Part shown: positions 1 through 8,377 of the stretch, one piece after another
Layout of the letters: the number at the start of each line of letters is the position of its first letter
How positions within the stretch are numbered: the stretch's first letter is position 1
DNA from: a virus
Lineage: Duplodnaviria; Caudoviricetes
IMG/VR virus record: IMGVR_UViG_3300032030_000030
Coordinates: 1-64,000 of that record
DNA: 64,000 bases
Strand: one strand, 5' to 3'
Notes under the pieces: generated by a model
The model's input: only the letters and a program-made list of their open reading frames with translations
Database searches by the model: none
Told to the model about the DNA's origin: nothing
Made by a program: the position numbers and the translations under genes

Positions 1-433
1 AGAGGCTTGATGATGACTCGGAGTATCGTCTGTCATAAAAGACATTAAAATATGGCTTAGGATTATTATCTTTGAGATAGCATTAATTTGCGACAGGTCG
101 CGACTGTCATAATCCACGTGTTGTTTACTAACGATTGCCGTGCAGGCATAAGACTCGGTTATCTGGATAACAAACAACTACTTGTATTAATTTATATTGT
201 CGCAGCAATGTAAAGAGATATTATGTGGTTGATTCGGATAGCAAGATGCCAGTTCTGTACTGTGGTCGGAACTAACAATAACTGTGGCGTGGAAATACGC
301 CCGTCGGAAGACGAAAAATTCACGACAATGGACTCCTAACCTTTGAGGTGGGGACTCCGAAGGTCGTTTCTAAAGGCATTTGCGAGAGGCGAGTGCGCTT
401 GAAGGAAGTAGGATTCTTATAAAAAAGCTCCCA

Positions 434-508
434 GGTCAGGTACCTCAGCTGGTACAGAGGGTTGCACTTATAATGCGAAAGTCGCGGGTTCGAGTCCCGT
501 CTTGACCG
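434..508 (+). tRNA. tRNA-Ile(UAU)
   Basis: GGTCAGG/CTTGACC acceptor stem, CCTC/GAGG D stem, TTGCA-CTTATAA-TGCGA anticodon arm, GCGGG-TTCGAGT-CCCGT T arm. Confidence 0.85.
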
Positions 509-579
509 TTAAAGGAGTAACTTTTATTTGAAAACGAAAAAGAAAACAAGTGCCAGGCAGGTCAGATTCCTGGATGCTG

Positions 580-652
580 GGCTGTGTAGTATAGGGATTA
601 GTACGCCTCTGAGGGTTTGGAGGTAACACTGGTTTGAATCCAGTCGCAGCCA
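580..652 (+). ncRNA. tRNA-like RNA with aberrant anticodon loop
   Basis: GGCTGTG/CGCAGCC acceptor, D arm, ACTGG-TTTGAAT-CCAGT T arm; CCTCT/GGAGG stem encloses GAGGGTTT, not a canonical 7-nt loop. Confidence 0.7.
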
Positions 653-763
653 CTTTTGAGTCTTTTCTTTTATAGTTTATGACGTTACAATGTGGATTAC
701 GTTTAGATTTAGTTTGTGTAATTTGTATTTAAGGTAGAGCGTCGTGAGATGCTCTGCCAAAAT

Positions 764-865
764 GGTCAGGTGGCGGAATTGGTATACGCTGAGTTAATTC
801 ATATGCAACTGCGAACAAGCATATGACTTGACGATAATTTGCAAGTTCGACTCTTGTCCTGACCA
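764..865 (+). ncRNA. tRNA-like RNA (Leu-type D arm) with long hairpin in place of the anticodon arm
   Basis: GGTCAGG/CCTGACC acceptor, TGGCGGAATTGGTATACGC D arm, GCAAG-TTCGACT-CTTGT T arm, internal TCATATGC/GCATATGA stem with 12-nt loop. Confidence 0.7.
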
Positions 866-1422
866 CTATCACGTTGCGAAACGTTACTTTTGGTTTTTTA
901 TCATTTTAAAAAAAATCCCTCGTCTTTACGTGTATTGACGGGGGTTACGGCATTAACAAGGTTTCCCTCGTCCATTGCCTTAGAAGATGGACCTTGCAGA
1001 ACAATATGACAGCTAATTGCGCGCACTAATGGCTGTATGAGGTAATTACTGACACATATAAGACAGACGTAATAAAAGTGTCAGACGAAGAGGAATCACG
1101 TTACTTTGAGTGCGTCCTTTTTGGCAGTAAAGGAAATCTTGTTTTTCTTCTTATTCGTGGTTTTTATCACGGACGCTTGCAGTGAGGAGTGGATATGCGG
1201 TATTCTACGGGTAGATTCTGTAAGTGAAAAACCCTATCGGAAGATAGGTGAACGCAGTTGTGCGTTGCAGGGGGAGGCTCGCCCAGTGCTACGAAGCGAC
1301 AACACGCGGTCGGGGGGAGTACAAACAAAAGTGTGACAATAGAGATGCTGAGTGGTTTACACAAAACAAATAGAGCATAGTGTAGACGCAAGATGATTAT
1401 CACTATATTGTCAGGCGAAAAT

Positions 1423-1496
1423 GGGGTCTTAGCTCAGTTGGATAGAGCGTCTGCTTTGCAAGCAGAAGGTCCAGAGTTCGATTCTCTGAGGCTCCA
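1423..1496 (+). tRNA. tRNA-Ala(UGC)
   Basis: Canonical cloverleaf, G3:U70 pair, TCTGC-TTTGCAA-GCAGA anticodon arm. Confidence 0.95.
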
Positions 1497-1717
1497 CCGA
1501 TTACCAAATACGGATTGAGTAGTTAAAACAAGTCGCAGCTTGTTTTCTAACGAAAGCTGTAGATGACCCGGGTATTGACGGGGGCGAGAATTGTATCAGT
1601 ATACGCTGATGTCGTCATCCATCCTACGATTGATAAGTCGGTAATATCTTTCGTAGTAACACCCGACAGTAGCTTCGGCGAAAATCCCCTGCGAAGCTGG
1701 TTCGCAGTGTGGTTGAC

Positions 1718-1812
1718 TGCCAGTAGTTTAGTGAGAACGTAGACTTACTTAGTGTCGAGCAATCGGTATTAAGAAAAGCAGAGGCGCAGGGTACCGAATC
1801 CCTGTCTGGCAC
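1718..1812 (+). ncRNA. tRNA-like RNA with GCAA-capped long arm
   Basis: TGCCAG/CTGGCA acceptor-like stem, TA-GTTT-AGTGA-GAAC D-like arm, CTTAGTGTCGA-GCAA-TCGGTATTAAG hairpin, GCAGGG-TACCGAAT-CCCTGT T-like arm. Confidence 0.55.
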
Positions 1813-1863
1813 AATGCGGCAACACAGGCCGCAGTATTGTTTCATTTAATCATTTTTATAAAA

Positions 1864-2301
1864 ATGGAAAAGTTAATTAAGGCTATCGTGAAGGGCCTTA
1901 CCTTCACAACTCCCGAAGGCACAGAGGTGTCAATTGACGAACTTGCAAACCTCAGTGCAGCAGACATCCGCTCTATGGGCATTGCTGTAAACCAGGCAAT
2001 CAAGCAGTACACTGGTGAAGGCGACCCTGACTTCGGCACAACCGACAAGAAGGTTCCGCAGGCACTCATTGTTAAGCGCGACGTCCTCAAAGGATTCCTC
2101 GCTTACAAGGAAGAGGATGCCAAGAAGGCAGAGAAGAACCGTACCGCCAAGGCTGAACTCGAAATCGTAAAGGAAGCCGAGAAGGAGATGAAGCTCGCTA
2201 AGCTCCGTGGTCTCTCCGAGAAGGAGAACAAGGCTAAGCAGGACGAGTTGAACGCAATCATCGCTTCTACCAGCGACGACGACGACGATTGGGAGGAGTA
2301 G
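1864..2301 (+). CDS. hypothetical protein, coiled coil with acidic tail
   Basis: ATG at 1864 after A-rich leader, strong codon bias, ends SDDDDDWEE, followed by terminator. Confidence 0.85.
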   Translation: MEKLIKAIVKGLTFTTPEGTEVSIDELANLSAADIRSMGIAVNQAIKQYTGEGDPDFGTTDKKVPQALIVKRDVLKGFLAYKEEDAKKAEKNRTAKAELEIVKEAEKEMKLAKLRGLSEKENKAKQDELNAIIASTSDDDDDWEE

Positions 2302-2344
2302 TCTAATGCGCATAGTGCGCAATCTGTAAAAACTCACACTTGAC

Positions 2345-2397
2345 AACGGAGACGATGGTTTTGTAGCAATACATTACTGTCGTTTCCGTTTTTTTTT
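2345..2397 (+). terminator. intrinsic terminator
   Basis: AACGGAGACGATGG...CTGTCGTTTCCGTT hairpin plus T run. Confidence 0.75.
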
Positions 2398-2409
2398 AAT
2401 CATTTAAGT

Positions 2410-2610
2410 ATGAGTACAATCAAACTAAAATTGCCTTTTTCGGCAGGCACTGACAAAGCCGACAGGCACTCCAAACTTTTTCTTTGGGCAAAAACGTTGG
2501 TAAACAATGCACCCGTCAATGTGATTGACGAGCAGCATTACGACAACATGAGTTACATTGTTGTAGAAAACAACTATAAACCCACGCCTGAATCAGAACC
2601 CCACGAGTAA
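2410..2610 (+). CDS. hypothetical protein
   Basis: ORF coupled to next gene (TAATG). Confidence 0.7.
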   Translation: MSTIKLKLPFSAGTDKADRHSKLFLWAKTLVNNAPVNVIDEQHYDNMSYIVVENNYKPTPESEPHE

Positions 2611-3092
2611 TGGAAGAGGCTCTTGCTCAACTCAAAGCACTGCAAGCGTTAGTTGGGCGTCCCGAGTTAGATGCTGTGTTCAACTCCTTGACAACGCTTA
2701 TTAAGAAGTTAGGCAAACCATCTAAAGCGGCTTCCAGAGACTTTACGGATTGCGCAAGGCGCATGATGGAGGTGTACGAAGAAAGAACCAAAGGCGTACC
2801 TTCTCAGAAAGGAAAGCCTTGGGTAGCAGGAGAAACTACAATCACAACAAGACTTGCAAGTAAGAACATTGACTTATCAAAGTACAGCGACGATGAAATC
2901 GTCGATGCAACCAAACGGTATATCAATGTTCCAGACATTACTTACAAGAGGGTATTAATGTATTTCATTTGGAAACTTGCTGACGACGGCACAATAGGCT
3001 CGGACTTAAAAGACTATCTTGAAAAGCCCGACTTGAATAAGGTGTCGAATGGTTCAGATAGTTCACAACCGTTAAATTGGCTGTATGGATAA
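2610..3092 (+). CDS. hypothetical protein upstream of helicase (possible loader/initiator)
   Basis: ORF overlapping helicase start; function inferred from position only. Confidence 0.7.
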   Translation: MEEALAQLKALQALVGRPELDAVFNSLTTLIKKLGKPSKAASRDFTDCARRMMEVYEERTKGVPSQKGKPWVAGETTITTRLASKNIDLSKYSDDEIVDATKRYINVPDITYKRVLMYFIWKLADDGTIGSDLKDYLEKPDLNKVSNGSDSSQPLNWLYG

Positions 3093-4320
3093 TGATATTT
3101 TTCTGTCAGACTTGCAAAAGTTAGAAGACAGGAAAACAAGGGCAGAAAGGAAAGAATACAACTGTCTGCCCTTGCCTTTTGAGAACGCAAGGAAATCATA
3201 TCCTGGCTTTGAAAGAGGAAGTTATATCATTATCTCAGCCAATCAGAAAGTTGGTAAATCAAAACTTACCGATTACTTGTTTGTCTACGAGTCAATTAAA
3301 TCGGTGGTTGAGAAGAAAAAGATTAAACCCCACATAATTTACTTCTCTCTTGAAGAGACTCCATTCGCCAAGAGATTGGCGTTGTACGAGCATCTCTTTT
3401 ATGCTATTGATGGGAATCTTATCGACAACAAAGTGTTCAAAAGCACTGACCAAGACTTCCCTTGCCCCCAATGGGTTTTAGACCGATTGAAATCTCCTGA
3501 GTACATGGAGTACATCAAAACTTATTTTGACATTGTTGAATTTCCACTTGACCCGAAAACGAAGCAATCCGTTTCTTCGGCAGAGGAAATATACAACATC
3601 TGTCTGAAATATGCAGAAGCACACGGACACTACAACACCTACAAGAAAAAGGTGTACAACGAGGTGTACAAGTGCGAACTGGAAGAAGATGTAATATCGG
3701 AGAACGACCCTTTCACCTGGGATGACCCAGAGGAAATCCCAATCGTCATTATTGATAATTTCGCCAACTTAAAGATACCGAAAGGTTCCACTAAGTATGC
3801 CGAAATAGAAACAATGTCGAAATATTGCATAGCCCTGAAGAATTTAGGCTTTATAGTGGTAGGTGTTCAACATCAATCACAAGAAAAAGAAAGCCTTGTT
3901 CGCAGGCAATCCAACGATGTCATTCCGTCTGCCGAAGGTTTGGCGGATAATAAATCGACATCCAAAGACCTCACTCTCCTTGTTGGTCTAATGAGTCCAT
4001 ACAAATACGAAATGCCGTCCTTTATGGGCTACGACATTACAAAATGGAAAGACAACATCAGATTCCTGTTTATCAAAGAAGACAGAGAAAATGGTGCAGT
4101 CAACCTATGTCAGCCTTTACTATTCATAGGAGAGGCATCGTACTTTAAAGAACTTCCTAAATACACAGAAACGGAAGAACTTGAAAAGATTTACAACGAC
4201 TTAATGGAAAGCAAGGAGCAATACGAAAAGAATTTTCATTCTAAGAATGCCTTACTGTTTTTGGCGTTCGCGGAAAACGACGCATATTTGCGCCGTAAAA
4301 ATGTATGGCAAATTTGGTAA
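3085..4320 (+). CDS. DnaB-like replicative helicase
   Basis: Walker A ANQKVGKS, YFSLEE, Walker B IVIIDN, VQHQ motif. Confidence 0.85.
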   Translation: MDNDIFLSDLQKLEDRKTRAERKEYNCLPLPFENARKSYPGFERGSYIIISANQKVGKSKLTDYLFVYESIKSVVEKKKIKPHIIYFSLEETPFAKRLALYEHLFYAIDGNLIDNKVFKSTDQDFPCPQWVLDRLKSPEYMEYIKTYFDIVEFPLDPKTKQSVSSAEEIYNICLKYAEAHGHYNTYKKKVYNEVYKCELEEDVISENDPFTWDDPEEIPIVIIDNFANLKIPKGSTKYAEIETMSKYCIALKNLGFIVVGVQHQSQEKESLVRRQSNDVIPSAEGLADNKSTSKDLTLLVGLMSPYKYEMPSFMGYDITKWKDNIRFLFIKEDRENGAVNLCQPLLFIGEASYFKELPKYTETEELEKIYNDLMESKEQYEKNFHSKNALLFLAFAENDAYLRRKNVWQIW

Positions 4321-4979
4321 TCATTCTTGGCCCAAGTGGGTCGGGAAAGTCACGGTCTGTCAAGGGTCTTAACCCGTCAGAAACCGTGGTTCTCAATACG
4401 CTGAGGAAAAGGTTGCCTTTTGAAGGCAGCACAAAACTCTACAACAAAGAGAACAAGAACATCTTTGAGATTAACGGGTATGCCGAGGTAATCAGTATGC
4501 TCAACAACATCTCTGAAAAAGGTACGCACGTCCATAACGTTGTCTTGGACGATTCAATCTATGTGATGCGCAAAGAGTATTTTGATAGGAGCAAGGAAAA
4601 AGGATATGACAAGTACACCGACCTCGCTGTTCATTTCCAGTCTATAATCGAGACCTGTGAACAGTTGAGGAGCGACCTTAACGTATTCTTGATTCTTCAC
4701 TCAGAGCCAGTCATGACGGATGGTGCAATCGTAGGCTACAAAGTTGCCACGGTAGGCTCCCTTCTTGACAAGCAATACAATCCTATCGAGATTGTCCCTG
4801 TGATATTGTTTAGTGCAGTGAAATTCAATGAGGGTAAACCTCAGTATGGATTTTTCACCAATGCTACAATTGAAAAGGGTGCAATCATTCCTGCAAAATC
4901 ACCAGAGGGAATGTTCGATGAACTGTTCATTGATAATGACCTTGGAGTTGTCGTACAGAGAATGAACGATTACTATTAA
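4305..4979 (+). CDS. P-loop ATPase, Sak4/AAA_24-like recombination protein
   Basis: GPSGSGKS, VVLDD, ILHSE, AKSPEGMF. Confidence 0.85.
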   Translation: MANLVIILGPSGSGKSRSVKGLNPSETVVLNTLRKRLPFEGSTKLYNKENKNIFEINGYAEVISMLNNISEKGTHVHNVVLDDSIYVMRKEYFDRSKEKGYDKYTDLAVHFQSIIETCEQLRSDLNVFLILHSEPVMTDGAIVGYKVATVGSLLDKQYNPIEIVPVILFSAVKFNEGKPQYGFFTNATIEKGAIIPAKSPEGMFDELFIDNDLGVVVQRMNDYY

Positions 4980-4998
4980 CCATAAAAAAACAGAACAA

Positions 4999-5331
4999 AT
5001 GCCAATATCACGAGACAGGGCTGCTCAAATCCGTTCGGTAGCCAAGTCGTTGTTTCCCGATTACATAAGGCTGATGAAACTCAAACAGAAATTTGAGGAG
5101 ACAAAAGCTGAGTATGAGAAACAGGTCGCAGAAATCAACACAGATATTGAGTCTGGCAATCGCTATCTTCGTGAGAAGACTGGCGGTTACAGCTTCGACG
5201 ACTTGTTTGAAATTGTGACCAATCACGAGAACGGTAAAAAAGACTTTAAATGGAAATACGAAACGTATCTTCCAGAAGAAGCACCTCAAAACGAGGATGT
5301 AATCACTGCTAATGTCATAAATGGCGTTTAA
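4999..5331 (+). CDS. hypothetical coiled-coil protein
   Basis: ORF in operon. Confidence 0.75.
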   Translation: MPISRDRAAQIRSVAKSLFPDYIRLMKLKQKFEETKAEYEKQVAEINTDIESGNRYLREKTGGYSFDDLFEIVTNHENGKKDFKWKYETYLPEEAPQNEDVITANVINGV

Positions 5332-6298
5332 CTTTATGGCCTTTGCGAAAAGACAGGACGTTAAGGACACTCCTGTCTTTCCAAAGTACATAGGCGCAAC
5401 CCTTGCGCACCTCGAAGCTATCAATCCAAGCCAAGAGGAACTATCCAAACTATTGGGACGCGATGCCGCAGTTCCACAGTCCTACAGTTCTGAAGTTGAT
5501 GTTACTAACATTGACGGAAGCACAAAGAAGGGTAAGCAAGTTATGCTCAACTTCTGGTTTTCAGTTCAAAATCCCGAAACGGGTGATGACGTTCCTGAGA
5601 AACTCTTTGTCAATCACACCGTCTTCCTCAAAGGAGGCGTGAAACTCAATAGTGACAAGACAAAGATTCAGATTGTAGACCCTTACGGCAGGTTTGCCTG
5701 GGCTACTCTCGAAGAGTACAAAGGAAATGTTGTTCCTCAGTATAAGGACAAGAGGACAGGTATGATGATTCCAGCTGGAATCAGCAAGACCTATCGTGCT
5801 GCACTCGATGGTGAAGAGAATCTCATCGCAGTCGTAAAGGCACTTCTTGGCCTTAATCAGCCGATTGAAAAGGTCGGCAATTCATTCCGCAACCTGACAG
5901 ACGAAGAACTCGCACAGCGAGCAGACGAGTTTGCTTGCGGTTTTGAACCAGAGGAAATCAGACGAATCCTTGACGGTCATATCGGCACAATCCGTGATGC
6001 CGTCAACGACAGGAACGAAGTTAAATTATTCTTGGGCGTGTCCCACAAGCAGAATGGCGACTACCAGACTACTTACAAGACAGTGTTCAAGAAGAACTTT
6101 AACAACTACACCAAAATCGAGACAGAACTCAACGAGGCAAAAACGAAAGGCTATGATGTTGCCGAGTTCCTTATCAATGGTCGCATCCCCGATGCGCTGA
6201 TAAGGTACGAAGTCAAGGCAACGGATTTGTCCACTCCTCAAAAGCCAAAAGTTGACAACTTGATTATTCAGGACAATAACGACGGACTTCCATTTTAA
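5321..6298 (+). CDS. putative single-stranded DNA-binding protein
   Basis: C-terminal DGLPF tail; lies between Sak4-like ATPase and primase. Confidence 0.6.
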   Translation: MAFNFMAFAKRQDVKDTPVFPKYIGATLAHLEAINPSQEELSKLLGRDAAVPQSYSSEVDVTNIDGSTKKGKQVMLNFWFSVQNPETGDDVPEKLFVNHTVFLKGGVKLNSDKTKIQIVDPYGRFAWATLEEYKGNVVPQYKDKRTGMMIPAGISKTYRAALDGEENLIAVVKALLGLNQPIEKVGNSFRNLTDEELAQRADEFACGFEPEEIRRILDGHIGTIRDAVNDRNEVKLFLGVSHKQNGDYQTTYKTVFKKNFNNYTKIETELNEAKTKGYDVAEFLINGRIPDALIRYEVKATDLSTPQKPKVDNLIIQDNNDGLPF

Positions 6299-6306
6299 TA
6301 TTTACT

Positions 6307-7272
6307 ATGTTCTCAAAGGTCAACATAGGCATAACAAAGAATGAATTGTCTATGAGGATTTCTGATGAAGACATTTTGAGATATTACTTCAATATCGACA
6401 AGTGCAAAGTAATTAGCAGTCCATTTAGGCAAGACAGGAACCCAAGTTTCGCTTTGTACAAAACTAATGGTCATATATATTTTAAAGACTTCGCAACAGG
6501 AGAAACTGGAAGTGTGTATGATATGGTAATGATAAAAGAAGGCTTGACGTTTAAGGAGTGTCTAAAAAAAATAGCGAACGATTTTAATATCAAATCTTGT
6601 TCTTATACTTGTGTAGGCATGGGCCAATCATGGGATATTGCCACGCAAGAAGAGGAGAAAACTGATATTCAAGTTCGTATACGCAATTGGACTTTTGAAG
6701 ACAAGAAATATTGGAATAGTTATGGGATAGACTTAGAATTTCTGCGAGAATTTGAAATCTATCCTATTGACTATTTCTTTATAAATGGCAGGACGATAAA
6801 GGCAGACACGTTGGCGTACACCTACGTTTATAGACAAAACGGCAAGGTTTATCACAAAATATACCAGCCGTTGTCTAAAACAAGAAAGTGGCGCAACAAT
6901 TATCCTCACGGCACAATGTCTTTGATAGACTATGTAAGCGATGACTGTGAAAACATAGTCGTTTGCTCGTCTGTCAAAGACGCTTTGTGTCTATGGTATA
7001 ATACAGGCGTCCCGTCAATAGCTCCGCAGGGAGAAGGATATGATGTTGATTTCGCACAGTTAAAGGTTAGGTTTCCAAAAGCGAAATTTTGCATCTTGTA
7101 TGACAACGATGCCGCAGGCATTAGATATTCGACATCACTGTCGGAGAAATATGGGATTCCTGTGTTATTCCTACCAAAGATGGAGAAAGGGAAAGACGTG
7201 TCTGACCTTTACTATTATTATGGAAAGGAAGTATTACTAAGTACAATGCAGGAATTATGGCAACAGCAATGA
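6307..7272 (+). CDS. DnaG-type primase
   Basis: SPFRQDRNPSF...FKDFATGETG N-domain; TOPRIM SSVKDA, YDNDAAG, KDVSD. Confidence 0.9.
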   Translation: MFSKVNIGITKNELSMRISDEDILRYYFNIDKCKVISSPFRQDRNPSFALYKTNGHIYFKDFATGETGSVYDMVMIKEGLTFKECLKKIANDFNIKSCSYTCVGMGQSWDIATQEEEKTDIQVRIRNWTFEDKKYWNSYGIDLEFLREFEIYPIDYFFINGRTIKADTLAYTYVYRQNGKVYHKIYQPLSKTRKWRNNYPHGTMSLIDYVSDDCENIVVCSSVKDALCLWYNTGVPSIAPQGEGYDVDFAQLKVRFPKAKFCILYDNDAAGIRYSTSLSEKYGIPVLFLPKMEKGKDVSDLYYYYGKEVLLSTMQELWQQQ

Positions 7273-7541
7273 CCCTAACAATAGCCATTCCTGGGACAAA
7301 GAATCTCCCAGAAGGCAAAAAATCCAAACTTGACACTAACAAGGAATGTGCAGTTCTACGTGTCCGTCTTGACGAAACGTTCTTGCCAAAAGAACATTCG
7401 TACACGGTACTTGCGGAGAAATGCCTCGCACTCGCAAGGGACTTAAATGGAATCGCACTGACGATGACATTCCCTTGGGAAGGAAACTCGAAGTACAAGC
7501 AAGGAGATTTACTCGTTTTGAAAAGAATTTACTCCCTCTAA
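7257..7541 (+). CDS. hypothetical protein
   Basis: ORF overlapping primase end. Confidence 0.65.
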   Translation: MATAMTLTIAIPGTKNLPEGKKSKLDTNKECAVLRVRLDETFLPKEHSYTVLAEKCLALARDLNGIALTMTFPWEGNSKYKQGDLLVLKRIYSL

Positions 7542-7580
7542 GGGAAATTATTAACAATCTTAAAAAACAACAAACACAAA

Positions 7581-8297
7581 ATGGCACACGCAACAAGAAG
7601 ACCAATCTTATTTCAGTGTAACAAGTTGCCAAACGGCGGCTTCAAGACTCTTTTGACCTCTGCGTCAACACTGTCCGAACTCAGAAGGGACATCATCCAG
7701 AACACCCCGTTGACAAACACGGAGTTGACGAAGTTCATGTTCGTCCTCAATGGCGAGCAGTTGACAGAAGGCAGCGTCATTCCATTGTTCAACTCTTGTG
7801 CAGGCGTAACTAACCCCTCAGACCCCAAGGTTCAAGTTCTCATCAATAAGTTCAGAACTGACCCGACAGCAGAAGAGTTCCTTGCCATCTCTATGGCAGA
7901 GACTGCGAAGAACACGGCGTCTGGTAGCAGTATTGCTGAATCCTGCAAGTTCTTGGAAGAGAACGGAATGGTCGATGCTTTCAAGGAAGAGTATGGCGTT
8001 CAGCCAGAACTCGCCAGTGCTAAGGTTCTCGACGCCTACGTTTCCAAAATCATCAGTGGAAAGGTCAAAAAGAGTTCTACTGCCACAGCAGTAACAAAAG
8101 CTCCGACAGACCAGGTTGAACAACTCAAAGCTGAGAACAATCGCTTGAAGCAGAGAATTGCCAATCTTGAGGGCTACATCGCAGGATTCAAGGCAGGCAA
8201 CAACGACGACGACGATGATGACAACGACTGGGAAGACGACCCAACTCCGTCGGACGCTGAAGAGATTCAGGTTGACATGAGCAAACTCAGACGTTAG
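7581..8297 (+). CDS. putative ubiquitin-like (beta-grasp) precursor protein
   Basis: N-terminal pattern TSASTLSELRRDI...FMFVLNGEQLTEGSVIP resembles a beta-grasp fold; domain ends ...KNTASG (G115); adjacent to JAB and E1 genes. ORF is solid, fold is inferred. Confidence 0.55.
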   Translation: MAHATRRPILFQCNKLPNGGFKTLLTSASTLSELRRDIIQNTPLTNTELTKFMFVLNGEQLTEGSVIPLFNSCAGVTNPSDPKVQVLINKFRTDPTAEEFLAISMAETAKNTASGSSIAESCKFLEENGMVDAFKEEYGVQPELASAKVLDAYVSKIISGKVKKSSTATAVTKAPTDQVEQLKAENNRLKQRIANLEGYIAGFKAGNNDDDDDDNDWEDDPTPSDAEEIQVDMSKLRR

Positions 8298-8298
8298 T

Positions 8299-8327
8299 AA
8301 CACAACACAACACAACACAACACAACA
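8299..8327 (+). repeat. (AACAC)n pentanucleotide tandem repeat, ~5.8 copies
   Basis: Directly visible after the stop codon. Confidence 0.95.
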
Positions 8328-8330
8328 TTA

Positions 8331-8361
8331 GGAAGCCGCTCTATCAGGGCGGCATCCTTTT
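8331..8361 (+). terminator. intrinsic terminator
   Basis: GGAAGCCGCTCT-ATC-AGGGCGGCATCC then TTTT. Confidence 0.7.
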
Positions 8362-8377
8362 AAATCGCCCAAAAAAA

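Noticed and set aside
1560-1590. Resemblance of GATGACCCGGGTATTGACGGG to a tmRNA 5' end
   Set aside because: No GGGG acceptor strand, matching 3' T arm/CCA or tag ORF found.
468-1845. Short ORFs in the first tRNA cluster
   Set aside because: They overlap tRNAs or structured RNA and lack coding bias.
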